Source: a virus
Lineage: Duplodnaviria > Caudoviricetes
DNA length: 57,070 bases
Strand: one strand, 5' to 3'
IMG/VR virus record: IMGVR_UViG_3300031949_000043
Location: 1 to 57,070 of that record
In this document: piece after piece, positions 47,843-56,979 of the stretch
Layout: every line of letters begins with the position of its first letter
How positions within the stretch are numbered: the stretch's first letter is position 1
Position numbers and translations under genes: made by a program
The notes under the pieces: generated by a model
Seen by the model: the letters and a program-made list of their open reading frames with translations, nothing else
What the model was told of the DNA's origin: nothing
The model's database searches: none

Positions 47843-47934
47843 TGCCAAAGGGGCGCTTTCCGCGTGCTCCGCGACTTACACGGAGGATACGGAGAGAAAT
47901 AAAGATGATAGGTGGATTTTGAAAGGAGCGACCC

Positions 47935-49161
47935 ATGCAGCCAGTATCCCGTGTACTCGAAGATGCATCGTCCGATCTCGCCCGGCAACCCAATGATGGA
48001 ATGATCGAAGTGGCGAGCCAGCGTGCGGCGCAGGAAGTCCAGAGCGCCATGATCATCGCCCGGAAATTCCCGCGCGATGAGACCGTGGCATATCAGAAGA
48101 TCATCACCGCCTGCAAACGCAAGGGACTGGCTGAGTCGGCGGTCTACGAGTACCCGCGCGGTACGGAGAAGGTGAGCGGGCCGTCTATCCGGCTGGCGGA
48201 AACCATGGCTCGGGCTTGGGGCAACATCGACTTCGGAGTGATCGAACTCGAACAGCGCTTGGGCGAGTCGTCGGTGTTGGCCTACGCATGGGACTTGGAG
48301 ACTAACACTCGCCAGACCAAAGTGTTCACGGTCAAGCACGAACGGCATACACGCCTCGGCGTCACCAAACTGACCGATCCGCGTGACATCTACGAGATGG
48401 CCGCCAACCAGGGTGCCCGTAGGCTTCGCGCCTGCATCATCGGCATTATCCCCGGAGATGTAGTGGACGATGCCGTGTCTGCGTGCGAGCGCACGATGTC
48501 TGGCGACAACAAGGAGCCGCTGTCGGATCGGGTGCGCAAGATGGCCACGGCATTCGCCGAATATCAGGTGACGATCCCGATGATCGAAGCCAAGCTCGGA
48601 CACCGACTGGATGCCACGACCGAACACGAATTGGCGAGACTGCGACGAATATTCGTTTCCCTCCGCGATGGCATGGCCAGCCGGGAGCAGCACTTTGACA
48701 TACACGCCGGAACGTCGGGTACGGCCAAGCCCGTCGGCCAGAAAACCCAAGAGATGGATCAGGCATTCGCGGAATCCCAGAAGCCACCACCATCGGATGT
48801 CGCGCCGGCAGAACCACCTGTATCCCCTCCCGTGAACGGCGCGACATCCGAGGCCGTGGCACCCAGCGATGCAGATGTCCTGTTGCCCAATCCGCCCGAA
48901 GCGAATCCGGTTCCCGAGCAGGCATCCATATCGGCCTCAGAGGATCTTTCGTCGTGGACGACCTTTTATGATCTGGCTGCCGACGCGGCGAGCACACGTA
49001 ACATCGCACCTTCCAAATTCACGAAGGGCGTCGGGCTGGCCCTGCTGAATATCCGCATGAAGGGTAAGGAAGAGAAGACCGCCGTAGCGTGGCGAGAGCA
49101 GTTACTCGGGTCAATCCGAGCCGACACGTTCAACTGGGACACGGGAAAGATCGGGGCGTAG
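47935..49161 (+). CDS. Putative single-strand annealing/recombination protein
   Basis: Paired with the exonuclease; ARKFPRDE, Y.YPRG...VSGPSIRLAE..AR.WGN, AWDLETN, RRLRACI core and Pro-rich linker. Confidence 0.6.
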   Translation: MQPVSRVLEDASSDLARQPNDGMIEVASQRAAQEVQSAMIIARKFPRDETVAYQKIITACKRKGLAESAVYEYPRGTEKVSGPSIRLAETMARAWGNIDFGVIELEQRLGESSVLAYAWDLETNTRQTKVFTVKHERHTRLGVTKLTDPRDIYEMAANQGARRLRACIIGIIPGDVVDDAVSACERTMSGDNKEPLSDRVRKMATAFAEYQVTIPMIEAKLGHRLDATTEHELARLRRIFVSLRDGMASREQHFDIHAGTSGTAKPVGQKTQEMDQAFAESQKPPPSDVAPAEPPVSPPVNGATSEAVAPSDADVLLPNPPEANPVPEQASISASEDLSSWTTFYDLAADAASTRNIAPSKFTKGVGLALLNIRMKGKEEKTAVAWREQLLGSIRADTFNWDTGKIGA

Positions 49162-49198
49162 ACATACGCAGCACGGCGCATATTTCACGGATGTACAT

Positions 49199-49966
49199 AT
49201 GCCTAACCGAACATTGCGCGACTGGACGGATTCGCGGGCAATCTTCGATGCTGGAGAAGCCGCAGAGAACCTTTTCTGTCGGCTGATCATGAAGGCGGAT
49301 GACCACGGGAGATATACCGCAGAGATTCCACTTCTCTTGAGATTCTGTTACCCGCTTCGCTCTGATCTTTCTGAATCAGATATCGTCGGTCGTTTGCAAA
49401 GTCTGGATGCCGCCGGCTTGGTGGCTTGTTATGAAGTGTGTGCCGCAGGAGACTCGAAGTGGGTTTCCGGCATGGATTTGGTCCATGCGCGATACGATGG
49501 TTGTAAGCGGATTCTCGTTATCCCGAATTTTCGCCAAGGGTCGCGACGACGAAAGAGCAAATTCCCAAGCCCACCGCTAGGGTCTCCGCCGGTCATCAGG
49601 GCATCCGCGAGATTGCATAACGATGCGATTGAAGCTGATCACGACATACGTACGGATGCGAGCGGCGTGCGTTTGTTTGCGGCAATACCGACCAATCTGA
49701 ATACGCCGGAGTTTCTGCTGGCATGGGAGAGCTTAGTTGCGCGTCGGAAGGCTCATCATTGGAGCACGCGCGCCGACTGGGCGAACACGCAATTAGAGAG
49801 ATTTTCTCAGTGGGGCGTGGGGCGTGCCGTAGCTGCGATAAAGCATACGCTCGAACAAAATTACCAAGGGGTTTTCGAGCCGCGCATGCAGGCTGTGGAC
49901 GAAGTTAAGCGAGAGGCAAAACAGTTCGCGGCAGAGGTCATGGAGAAGATCAAGGCGAAAAGATGA
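49199..49966 (+). CDS. Phage replication initiator (replisome organiser-like)
   Basis: MPNR.LR...S, LF.RLI.KADD.GR N-terminal winged helix; C-term W....RK...AIKH...QNYQGVF. Confidence 0.7.
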   Translation: MPNRTLRDWTDSRAIFDAGEAAENLFCRLIMKADDHGRYTAEIPLLLRFCYPLRSDLSESDIVGRLQSLDAAGLVACYEVCAAGDSKWVSGMDLVHARYDGCKRILVIPNFRQGSRRRKSKFPSPPLGSPPVIRASARLHNDAIEADHDIRTDASGVRLFAAIPTNLNTPEFLLAWESLVARRKAHHWSTRADWANTQLERFSQWGVGRAVAAIKHTLEQNYQGVFEPRMQAVDEVKREAKQFAAEVMEKIKAKR

Positions 49967-50601
49967 CCGAAGACGACATTCAGCAACTGGCGCTGTTTCT
50001 ATCCGAGAACTGGCCGAACAAGTTCACGGCTGACGACGGCGCGTATTGGGCAAATACGTTTTCCGAATTCGCGTTTTGTGACATCAGGGACGCACTGACC
50101 GAGCACAAGAACGAGACGAGAACGACGCCAAGGACTTTCGAGATTAAAAGGAAATTGTATGCCAAATCAAATCCCATGCATGCCGACAACACGGCTGCGG
50201 CCACGAATTTCGCCGCGATCATCAAGCACGGGAACCCAGGTTGGCGCACGAAGTCCGACGCCGAAGCGGTCATGCGCTACCACCGATACTGGTTCTGCCG
50301 GTACATCAAGGCATGCGAAACCAGGATCTCCAATATGGAAAGCATGCTGCCGCCCGGTGAACGCAGAGACCTATCTGTCGCCTCCGAGCAGGGCCGCATG
50401 TGCGATTGCATCGACTCCAGCAAGCGGACTTGCGCCATCGATCTAGCGGGCTGCGGCATGGACACGGCAGAATCGGAACGGGCAGCGGAGTTCGTGATCG
50501 GCGAGCAGCACGATTTCGATCTGGCGGTCGCCGACATGGACCAGAATATCCAGCATGCCGCGTCAGCGGATGGTTCGGACGACATCTTGGACCTGATCTG
50601 A
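49963..50601 (+). CDS. Putative helicase loader/inhibitor-like protein
   Basis: Follows initiator; MTEDDI..L...WP...W...F....P...EI pattern. Confidence 0.5.
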   Translation: MTEDDIQQLALFLSENWPNKFTADDGAYWANTFSEFAFCDIRDALTEHKNETRTTPRTFEIKRKLYAKSNPMHADNTAAATNFAAIIKHGNPGWRTKSDAEAVMRYHRYWFCRYIKACETRISNMESMLPPGERRDLSVASEQGRMCDCIDSSKRTCAIDLAGCGMDTAESERAAEFVIGEQHDFDLAVADMDQNIQHAASADGSDDILDLI

Positions 50602-50616
50602 CGAAATGGAGCGCCA

Positions 50617-50910
50617 ATGTTACCTGTTGCGCCTTGGATTCTTGTTGTCGCCCTCGCGCCGATGCCAGCCATCATCCTAATTACAATTCATCTCATTCAT
50701 CGGTTTGCCGAATCCGTGCGCCGGAAAACCTTGCTCGAATGTAACGAAGCTGCGAGCCGGCTGGGGCTTAAAATCTGGGAAGAGCAAGGCGAGATCATCG
50801 TCCGATCCTACTGGTGGCCGCATGGCACGGACGCCAACTTCGTTACCGGACTCCAGGAGAAAATAGCGCTGATGATGCAGGACGAATCGTCGCAGTCAGA
50901 AAAAAAGTGA
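50617..50910 (+). CDS. Hypothetical membrane-anchored protein
   Basis: N-terminal hydrophobic helix; GGAG RBS. Confidence 0.5.
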   Translation: MLPVAPWILVVALAPMPAIILITIHLIHRFAESVRRKTLLECNEAASRLGLKIWEEQGEIIVRSYWWPHGTDANFVTGLQEKIALMMQDESSQSEKK

Positions 50911-50931
50911 ACGGGGTGTACGACAATCCGT

Positions 50932-51477
50932 ATGGTTCTAAACCTTGGAGAATCAATGGAAGCCGATCTCGGACATGGCAGGAAAATCAGATACCACTTC
51001 CGGTACGACCCAGTACTCTGCAATCCCACGCAGTGTTTTCTTACATTCGTCGATCCAGATGGCGAGGAAATGGTTGCCGCCAAAGTCTGCGTGACCCGGC
51101 ATTACCGGGATCGGTATAGCAAGGAAGCTGGCCGCAAGGCGGCGTTGTCCAAGGCCATGCGCTCTATCCAAGTCGTCCCACCGTCTTTTGCCGATCTCCT
51201 ATGCGTCGAGCCCATCGGACATCCGACGACGGTAATGCGCAAGGACGCCCGCAGGTTCGTATGGAGATCATATCTCAATCGCAAGCCACAGAAGGCATCT
51301 GCGCGCAAATTGATCGTTCGCGCCCTTTGCTCGCTGTTACTGGCGCGCGATCAACTGGTCAATCGCGGCGGCATCCTGTTTGATGGCGATCCCTTGATCA
51401 ATGACCTACGGAAATTCCTCAAAGATAATCCGCATGGAGGTATGGACCATGACAGTCATCGATGTTGCAATCAATGA
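50932..51477 (+). CDS. Hypothetical protein
   Basis: DRYSKEAGRKAAL.KA motif seen in phage small proteins. Confidence 0.55.
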   Translation: MVLNLGESMEADLGHGRKIRYHFRYDPVLCNPTQCFLTFVDPDGEEMVAAKVCVTRHYRDRYSKEAGRKAALSKAMRSIQVVPPSFADLLCVEPIGHPTTVMRKDARRFVWRSYLNRKPQKASARKLIVRALCSLLLARDQLVNRGGILFDGDPLINDLRKFLKDNPHGGMDHDSHRCCNQ

Positions 51478-52777
51478 AACCGATCCGGCCACGGATGTGT
51501 CGGAACCAGAAGCGGCCGAGACACCAGAGGCCAAGCCCATATCCGCGGAGATCACATCCGAGTTTATCGACACAGATTGGTATCACCGGCTCAAAGAGCA
51601 GCGGGAGATCGTGCGTCGCCGGCAACAGGTTGTGGACGACCTGAGCGAAGACCTTAAAGATGCCAAGAAATCGCTGGACACCGCCAACTCAGAACTGCTG
51701 GAGATCATCGACGAGGATGAACAGCCGGTGCTGCCATTCGCCAGCAACGGGTCGGTGATCCATCAGGGCAAGGCGAGGCCACCGTCTCCCGTGCCAGCCG
51801 ACGACGAATCGTGGCGCGCCGTCACACTCGACGGATTGGGCATATACCAACCCCGACTGATCGAGACCCTGACTGACGCCGGCCTGACCAGCATGGGCGC
51901 TATCTGCGACTACACGAACGACAATAAGCGGCTGATCGACCTCAAGGGCATCGGACCCGGGAAGGTCCAGTTCATCGAGAATCTGATCGAGAAATACTGG
52001 ACCGAACATCCACGCCAGCCCGTGGAAATCAAGGCCATAGAAGAGGCCGATCTAGCGCCGAAGGCAGATCCCGAGATATGGCCCGGGGCCATAGGCTTCT
52101 TCGAGTTCGGCGTGGCCCGTTCGTATTTCACCAGCACTTACGATCCGCACGTCGCGAATTCAGCGATCGCGTTGAAGCAGCCGAAGGTGATGACCGTGCT
52201 CCTGGCCGACGACCGAAACCGGCTGGTAGCCGGAGACTACATCGCGGTCGGCCTAGAGGGCGACGGATTGATCATGTTGCCAGTCTACGAGCGCGAAAAG
52301 TGGTTGGCCGAGGTCGGTCGGTATGAGCGCGAAACCCATTCCGATCCGCCGGGCGTGCTCGCTGGAACGGTCGTGGTTCGCGACGATGGAGCGCAATTAC
52401 AGATCGGGGGCGACGATCGACGGGCGGTCATCGACCTGAGTACCCGCACGGTCGATCGTAAGTTTCTGGCCATTCCAGATGTTGATCTGGAAGTATCCTG
52501 TCACCCAACCATCGGAGCGTTGGCCGCATACGATCCCGACCAGCCCATTGCGGAGATCCATCATAGCATTCTCGTATACGGAGAACCGTATCTGGTGTTG
52601 CCTTCTCTTGGAGATCGCTGCGAGGGCATATATGAACTTCGTCGGCTGATCCCCGAAGATCGCGCGGAGTACAAGTCTGCGGTGGAAGCCGATCCACTGG
52701 CCAACCGGATCGTCCGTTTGGGCGGAGATCTGTTCCGGATAGGAGCCGGAGAAGATGCCCTGCACGTCCGCAGTTGA
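51449..52777 (+). CDS. Hypothetical protein with coiled coil and helix-hairpin-helix motif
   Basis: GGAGG RBS; LIDLKGIGPGKV HhH motif. Confidence 0.65.
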   Translation: MTVIDVAINETDPATDVSEPEAAETPEAKPISAEITSEFIDTDWYHRLKEQREIVRRRQQVVDDLSEDLKDAKKSLDTANSELLEIIDEDEQPVLPFASNGSVIHQGKARPPSPVPADDESWRAVTLDGLGIYQPRLIETLTDAGLTSMGAICDYTNDNKRLIDLKGIGPGKVQFIENLIEKYWTEHPRQPVEIKAIEEADLAPKADPEIWPGAIGFFEFGVARSYFTSTYDPHVANSAIALKQPKVMTVLLADDRNRLVAGDYIAVGLEGDGLIMLPVYEREKWLAEVGRYERETHSDPPGVLAGTVVVRDDGAQLQIGGDDRRAVIDLSTRTVDRKFLAIPDVDLEVSCHPTIGALAAYDPDQPIAEIHHSILVYGEPYLVLPSLGDRCEGIYELRRLIPEDRAEYKSAVEADPLANRIVRLGGDLFRIGAGEDALHVRS

Positions 52778-52877
52778 CTGATTTGTTATCCGAAAAACTT
52801 GGTCGGTCGTGGCGGCTGTGTTGGTCGCCCGTGTGCATGGATGCACCACGTTCCGGGCGAGCAACAAGGATGTCGTC

Positions 52878-53084
52878 ATGAACTACGTCTCATCCGTGGA
52901 GTCACCGAAGTCCCATCATGGTCCGATCATAGATAACCCGTTCGCGATCAGGAGCATCACGCAGGTGGCCAAGGAGTACCGGCGGCGGCATGGCAAGCCG
53001 ATCAGCCGCACCTTGGTCTGCATGGAACTCAGGAGCGCCCAGAGGAAGATGCGGGCGGCACTGCGATCCGTCTGGATCACCTGA
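52878..53084 (+). CDS. Sigma-region-4-like HTH protein
   Basis: SITQVA...ISRTLV..EL.SAQRKMR. Confidence 0.5.
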   Translation: MNYVSSVESPKSHHGPIIDNPFAIRSITQVAKEYRRRHGKPISRTLVCMELRSAQRKMRAALRSVWIT

Positions 53085-53090
53085 ACCGCA

Positions 53091-53441
53091 GTGCTGTCCG
53101 TGGTCAGCCGACAGATTAGACCGATAGGCAGGGGAACGGATGCTGTCCGGAACCTGAAGATCATGTACGAACAGTTGAAAACCTTCCTTTACGATCTGGA
53201 ACTCACCGACGATGTTCGACTGTTGACTAGTTATCTGGCGACCCGGTTGTGCCAGTCGATGGAAGTTGAGGTTAAGGCGTTGCGCGACCTAACCGGCGCA
53301 TCGGGTGCCGATCTTCATGTCGCCTGCAAATCTGCGGTCGCATTAGTGCTCAAAAGTTTCGATCTATCGGAGTCGGAGCGGACCGGAACGGACTGGGCGA
53401 AACTCGCGGCCAGCCGGCTCCGCGAACAGGGAGGCGTATGA
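53091..53441 (+). CDS. Hypothetical protein
   Basis: Fills the operon; start uncertain. Confidence 0.5.
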   Translation: MLSVVSRQIRPIGRGTDAVRNLKIMYEQLKTFLYDLELTDDVRLLTSYLATRLCQSMEVEVKALRDLTGASGADLHVACKSAVALVLKSFDLSESERTGTDWAKLAASRLREQGGV

Positions 53442-53659
53442 TCGAGCCCGTTCGCAATCTCTGGCGTCGATACGTCCGATGGCGGCTGCATGTGGAATTA
53501 GCCAACGCAATCGCATGGCGCGATTATTGGCATAGCGCATATTTCGTGTCTGTGGACGGAGCCAATCTTCGGGCGTATCGGGAATTAGGTCGCTGGACCA
53601 AAGAGATCGAGCGGCTGGAACACGAGATTGCTGAGCATGAGAAGGCTGGTGTAAAATGA
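53438..53659 (+). CDS. Hypothetical protein
   Basis: GGAGG RBS; ATGA overlaps at both ends. Confidence 0.6.
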   Translation: MIEPVRNLWRRYVRWRLHVELANAIAWRDYWHSAYFVSVDGANLRAYRELGRWTKEIERLEHEIAEHEKAGVK

Positions 53660-55146
53660 GCGCTACCGCAATCCAGTGGACCGACCATTCGCAAAATCCG
53701 ATTCGCGCCAAACTCAAGTCTGGAGCGATCGGGCACTACTGCGAGAAGATCAGCAGCGGTTGCGCAAATTGCTACGCATCGAAAATGCAGGCGCGTTTCA
53801 AAATGCCCAGTTTCCCCGGTGCGGGGAAGCGGGACGAGGACGTGGAGATTTTCTTCGATGATGAGAAACTCCACGAAGTCTTGCGCCGTCGTAAGCCAAC
53901 GAAGTATTTCTGGTGCGACATGAGCGATATGTTTGGATCTTGGGTGCCAGACGAATGGATCGACAAGTGCTTCGCCACGATGGCGCTGACACCGCAGCAT
54001 ACGCATCAGGTATTGACGAAGCGGCCAGAGCGTATGGCGGAGTACACCCGTAGTTCCGACGTGGGACAACGCATCTTTGAAGCAGCGAACGCGCTTTGTG
54101 ACCGGACTGGTTTTTCCGATGGGTGGAAGAGATGGAATTCTGGCGGCGAGCACACTGCGGTCTGGCCACTCCCAAACGTCTGGCTTGGCACGAGTGTCGA
54201 AGACCAAAAGTCTGCCGATGGGCGGATACCGCATCTGCTGAGATGTCAAGCGGCGGTGCGGTTTCTGTCGTGCGAACCGCTGCTGGGGGCGATCGATCTA
54301 AGTGTATGGATTGGAGGCATCCATGAAGAGGTCGGAAGAATTGATTTACCCAATGGTGCAGGCTGGAAAGTTTTGGATCGACGATCAGGGGCGAGTATGG
54401 CGCATTCTGCGGCACAAGAGCAGAATGAGACGCGCGGAACACGAAGCGACGTACTTGCAGGTTCGCTCGATGGTCGAGTGCAATCGAGTTCATGCTTTGG
54501 CGCATCGGCTGGTGTGGCTGCACTTCAACGGGCCGATTCCAGACGGGATGACGATCAATCACAAGGATGGCAACAAGCACAACAACCACCCCTCGAATCT
54601 AGAGTTGGCGACATACAGCGATCAGATCAAGCATGCCCGATCAGTATTGGGCAAGGCTGGACAGGCGGGGGCAAAGAACAACAACGCCGTATTGACGCAA
54701 GAGACGGTGAATCAGATACGAACGCGACGAGCGAACGGCGAGTCACTGAAGTCGATTGCAGAAGATTTCGACGTGAGCGATCGAACGATTTCCAAAGTCG
54801 CGCTCGGCCATCGTTGGACTGGATAATTTGCGGCGGCGAATCGGGGCCGAAGGCGCGCCCGTGTCATATCGGGTGGATCGATTCTATCCGCGACCAGTGC
54901 CGAGCGGCTGTAATACCGCTGTTCGTGAAACAACTTGGTGGCCATGTTATTGCCACCGGAGCGGGCGAGAATCGCATCAGGCTGGAAGATCGTAAGGGTG
55001 GCGACATGATGGAGTGGCCGCAGGATCTTCGTATTCGAGAGTTTCCAGAGGTACACCACGCGAAGGGCGCAACCCCGGACAGGCGGATGAACTACCAATT
55101 CATGCGCCACACGATCGGGACACACCACGATAGCCGGTGTTGGTAG
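53656..55146 (+). CDS. DUF5131 (phage Gp37/Gp68, radical-SAM-like) protein containing a ~165-codon insertion
   Basis: IQWTD, C.KIS.GCANCYA, MSDMF, QVLTKRPERM, NVWLGTSVE, RFLSCEPLLG, then LDWIICGGESGPKARP...LFVKQLG after the insert. Confidence 0.88.
   Translation: MSATAIQWTDHSQNPIRAKLKSGAIGHYCEKISSGCANCYASKMQARFKMPSFPGAGKRDEDVEIFFDDEKLHEVLRRRKPTKYFWCDMSDMFGSWVPDEWIDKCFATMALTPQHTHQVLTKRPERMAEYTRSSDVGQRIFEAANALCDRTGFSDGWKRWNSGGEHTAVWPLPNVWLGTSVEDQKSADGRIPHLLRCQAAVRFLSCEPLLGAIDLSVWIGGIHEEVGRIDLPNGAGWKVLDRRSGASMAHSAAQEQNETRGTRSDVLAGSLDGRVQSSSCFGASAGVAALQRADSRRDDDQSQGWQQAQQPPLESRVGDIQRSDQACPISIGQGWTGGGKEQQRRIDARDGESDTNATSERRVTEVDCRRFRRERSNDFQSRARPSLDWIICGGESGPKARPCHIGWIDSIRDQCRAAVIPLFVKQLGGHVIATGAGENRIRLEDRKGGDMMEWPQDLRIREFPEVHHAKGATPDRRMNYQFMRHTIGTHHDSRCW
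54323..54826 (+). CDS. HNH homing endonuclease nested in the +1 frame of the DUF5131 gene
   Basis: GGAGG RBS then ATG; AHRLVW..FNGPIP...INHKDGNKHNN..SNLE; C-terminal HTH (LKSIAEDFDVSDRTISKV). Confidence 0.88.
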   Translation: MKRSEELIYPMVQAGKFWIDDQGRVWRILRHKSRMRRAEHEATYLQVRSMVECNRVHALAHRLVWLHFNGPIPDGMTINHKDGNKHNNHPSNLELATYSDQIKHARSVLGKAGQAGAKNNNAVLTQETVNQIRTRRANGESLKSIAEDFDVSDRTISKVALGHRWTG

Positions 55147-55196
55147 CACGGGTCGAGTGGAAGCCCGCAGAGTGGATGCATGGAAAAGGAAGTGAC

Positions 55197-55586
55197 ATGA
55201 ACCCAACCAAAGAACAGATCGATGAGGCGGAGTTGCTGTTGCAAATGGGGATCAGTGCTGTGAGAGAACCGCAACTGGCGCATGCGGTGCGCATTGTTCT
55301 TGCCGAACTCGCCCGCCTTCGCCAGCGCGAGGAGCATGTCATAAAACTGGTGAAGGCGGCGCAACATATGGTGAATGATGCCGAGGCGTCCACATTCGCG
55401 AACCGGAGTAGGACCATGCCGACACTACTGGACATTTCCGATGACCTGTTGGCGCTTCAAGGATTGATCGATGCTCTCAAGCCCTTCGCCGGAGAGCCGA
55501 TTTCCCCGCAAAATAATGACACGCCCGCAAGCGGCAGGAGCAGCGAACATGAAGATCAAGGAAATTCTGCGCGAATCCAACAATGA
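55197..55586 (+). CDS. Hypothetical protein
   Basis: AAGGA RBS. Confidence 0.5.
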   Translation: MNPTKEQIDEAELLLQMGISAVREPQLAHAVRIVLAELARLRQREEHVIKLVKAAQHMVNDAEASTFANRSRTMPTLLDISDDLLALQGLIDALKPFAGEPISPQNNDTPASGRSSEHEDQGNSARIQQ

Positions 55587-55746
55587 TTTCTCGTCAATCA
55601 TGGTGTGCGAGCATTGTGGAAGTGAACAGCAAAACAACCGTGGGTATCACGATAACTACTATCACACCAAGATCATTCCCGCGATGTTCTGCCAATCGTG
55701 TGGTAGGGATCGAAGTGGCGAGCGGGAAGCAAAGGAGCAGAAATGA
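55549..55746 (+). CDS. Small zinc-ribbon protein
   Basis: AGGAG RBS; CEHC...CQSC. Confidence 0.65.
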   Translation: MKIKEILRESNNDFSSIMVCEHCGSEQQNNRGYHDNYYHTKIIPAMFCQSCGRDRSGEREAKEQK

Positions 55747-55931
55747 GATCACGGCGCAGGCATAACCGGGAACGAATGCGCAAACGCAACCGGCGGAATT
55801 ACCCGAACTGGCCCGATGCGTGGAAGTTTGGGGATACACGCAAGGTGTGTTCGTGCCCGATGTGCGGGAATCCTCGCAGGCACTTTCACGAATCGACCGT
55901 GCAGGAGCGCAGGCAGGAGCAGCGGACATGA
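55743..55931 (+). CDS. Small basic Cys-containing protein
   Basis: AAGGAG RBS; CSCPMCGNPRRH. Confidence 0.65.
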   Translation: MRSRRRHNRERMRKRNRRNYPNWPDAWKFGDTRKVCSCPMCGNPRRHFHESTVQERRQEQRT

Positions 55932-56158
55932 CAGACGCGGATGAAATCGCGAGAAAGTTGGCCCTCATACGTGCCAGGCGTGCCGCCGAATCCGCCGCCG
56001 TGCGTCGCATTGCGGCGCTGGCGGTGAAAGTAGAGAAAGATAGTCCGCATTACGATTCAAACTGGATCGACGCGCAATATCGTTTAAGGATGGCAATCAA
56101 AGAACTATCACCCGTCCTGCGTGAGCAACTTGAGCAGGAAGCAAAGGAGCAGAAGTGA
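55928..56158 (+). CDS. Hypothetical protein
   Basis: AGGAG RBS; ATGA overlap. Confidence 0.6.
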   Translation: MTDADEIARKLALIRARRAAESAAVRRIAALAVKVEKDSPHYDSNWIDAQYRLRMAIKELSPVLREQLEQEAKEQK

Positions 56159-56361
56159 CCAAGGAACAACAGACCGTGGAAGTCGAAGCAGATATGACAT
56201 GGAGTTCGATCATGCGCACACTGGTCGCGTTCTTTAACAAGCACGGCGTTCCGGGCCACGGCACATTGAGCGACGCCAAGCGGCTTGAGCTGTTTGCAGA
56301 CCGTATCCGGCAAAACCTAAAAACGCTTGACGAGTTGCTAGAGCGCAGGGAGACAAAATGA
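56155..56361 (+). CDS. Hypothetical protein
   Basis: AAGGAG RBS; GTGA overlap. Confidence 0.6.
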   Translation: MTKEQQTVEVEADMTWSSIMRTLVAFFNKHGVPGHGTLSDAKRLELFADRIRQNLKTLDELLERRETK

Positions 56362-56546
56362 ACATCGAACCCCTCGAATCCAGGATCTTCTGTGACGTGG
56401 AGATCACGGCGCTCCCGCCCGATCCGTCCAACCTGCCGCCGGAGTTGTGGGAACAAATCCGTCCCGTGCTGGACGGGTTCAAGTACCTCGCGGGCCGGTA
56501 CATGGTCGGAGCAACGGCGAACGTCGTCGCGGCGGCGGAGGGATGA
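56358..56546 (+). CDS. Small protein with planctomycete LEPLESR-type N-terminal motif
   Basis: MNIEPLESRIFC; GGGAG RBS. Confidence 0.6.
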   Translation: MNIEPLESRIFCDVEITALPPDPSNLPPELWEQIRPVLDGFKYLAGRYMVGATANVVAAAEG

Positions 56547-56549
56547 AGC

Positions 56550-56834
56550 ATGAAAAAGTCTAATTCAAAATCAAGACTGTCGGCCCTGAGACAGGCGGCG
56601 GCGCAGGCGTGGAAGGTGGAGGCGAAGGCGTGGGCGAAAGCGGAAGCAAAGGTAATGGCGTTGACGAAGGCGAGAAAGGAGTGGGAGAAGGCGGAAGGGG
56701 AGTGGGTGAAGGCAGAGGCGAAGGCGAAGGCGAAGGCGATGAAGCATGAAAAAGTCCAACGCGAAATTGAGTGCGGCAACCAAGGCACGGGCAAGAGCGG
56801 AGAAGGCATGGAAGGTGGCGATGAAGACGGATGA
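56550..56834 (+). CDS. Ala/Lys/Glu-rich helical protein (paralog 1)
   Basis: MKKSNSKSRLSA...AWKV; low-complexity AKAEAK repeats. Confidence 0.5.
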   Translation: MKKSNSKSRLSALRQAAAQAWKVEAKAWAKAEAKVMALTKARKEWEKAEGEWVKAEAKAKAKAMKHEKVQREIECGNQGTGKSGEGMEGGDEDG

Positions 56835-56979
56835 AAAAGCGCAGAAGGCGAGGGCGAAGGCATGGCTCGCAAAAGAAATATCCGACCTAGCTAATGAGGC
56901 AAACATAATGGCATTGAATGAGGCAGAGGACGCAGAAGCCGCGGCGCGCGATGCCGAAAGGGCGGCGGCAGAGGGATGA
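56746..56979 (+). CDS. Ala/Lys/Glu-rich helical protein (paralog 2)
   Basis: MKKSNAKLSA...AWKV; same start context as 56550. Confidence 0.55.
   Translation: MKKSNAKLSAATKARARAEKAWKVAMKTDEKAQKARAKAWLAKEISDLANEANIMALNEAEDAEAAARDAERAAAEG

Noticed and set aside
54320-54815. Intein in DUF5131
   Set aside because: The host-frame insert has no intein N-terminal C/S block or C-terminal HN, and the nuclease is in a different frame.
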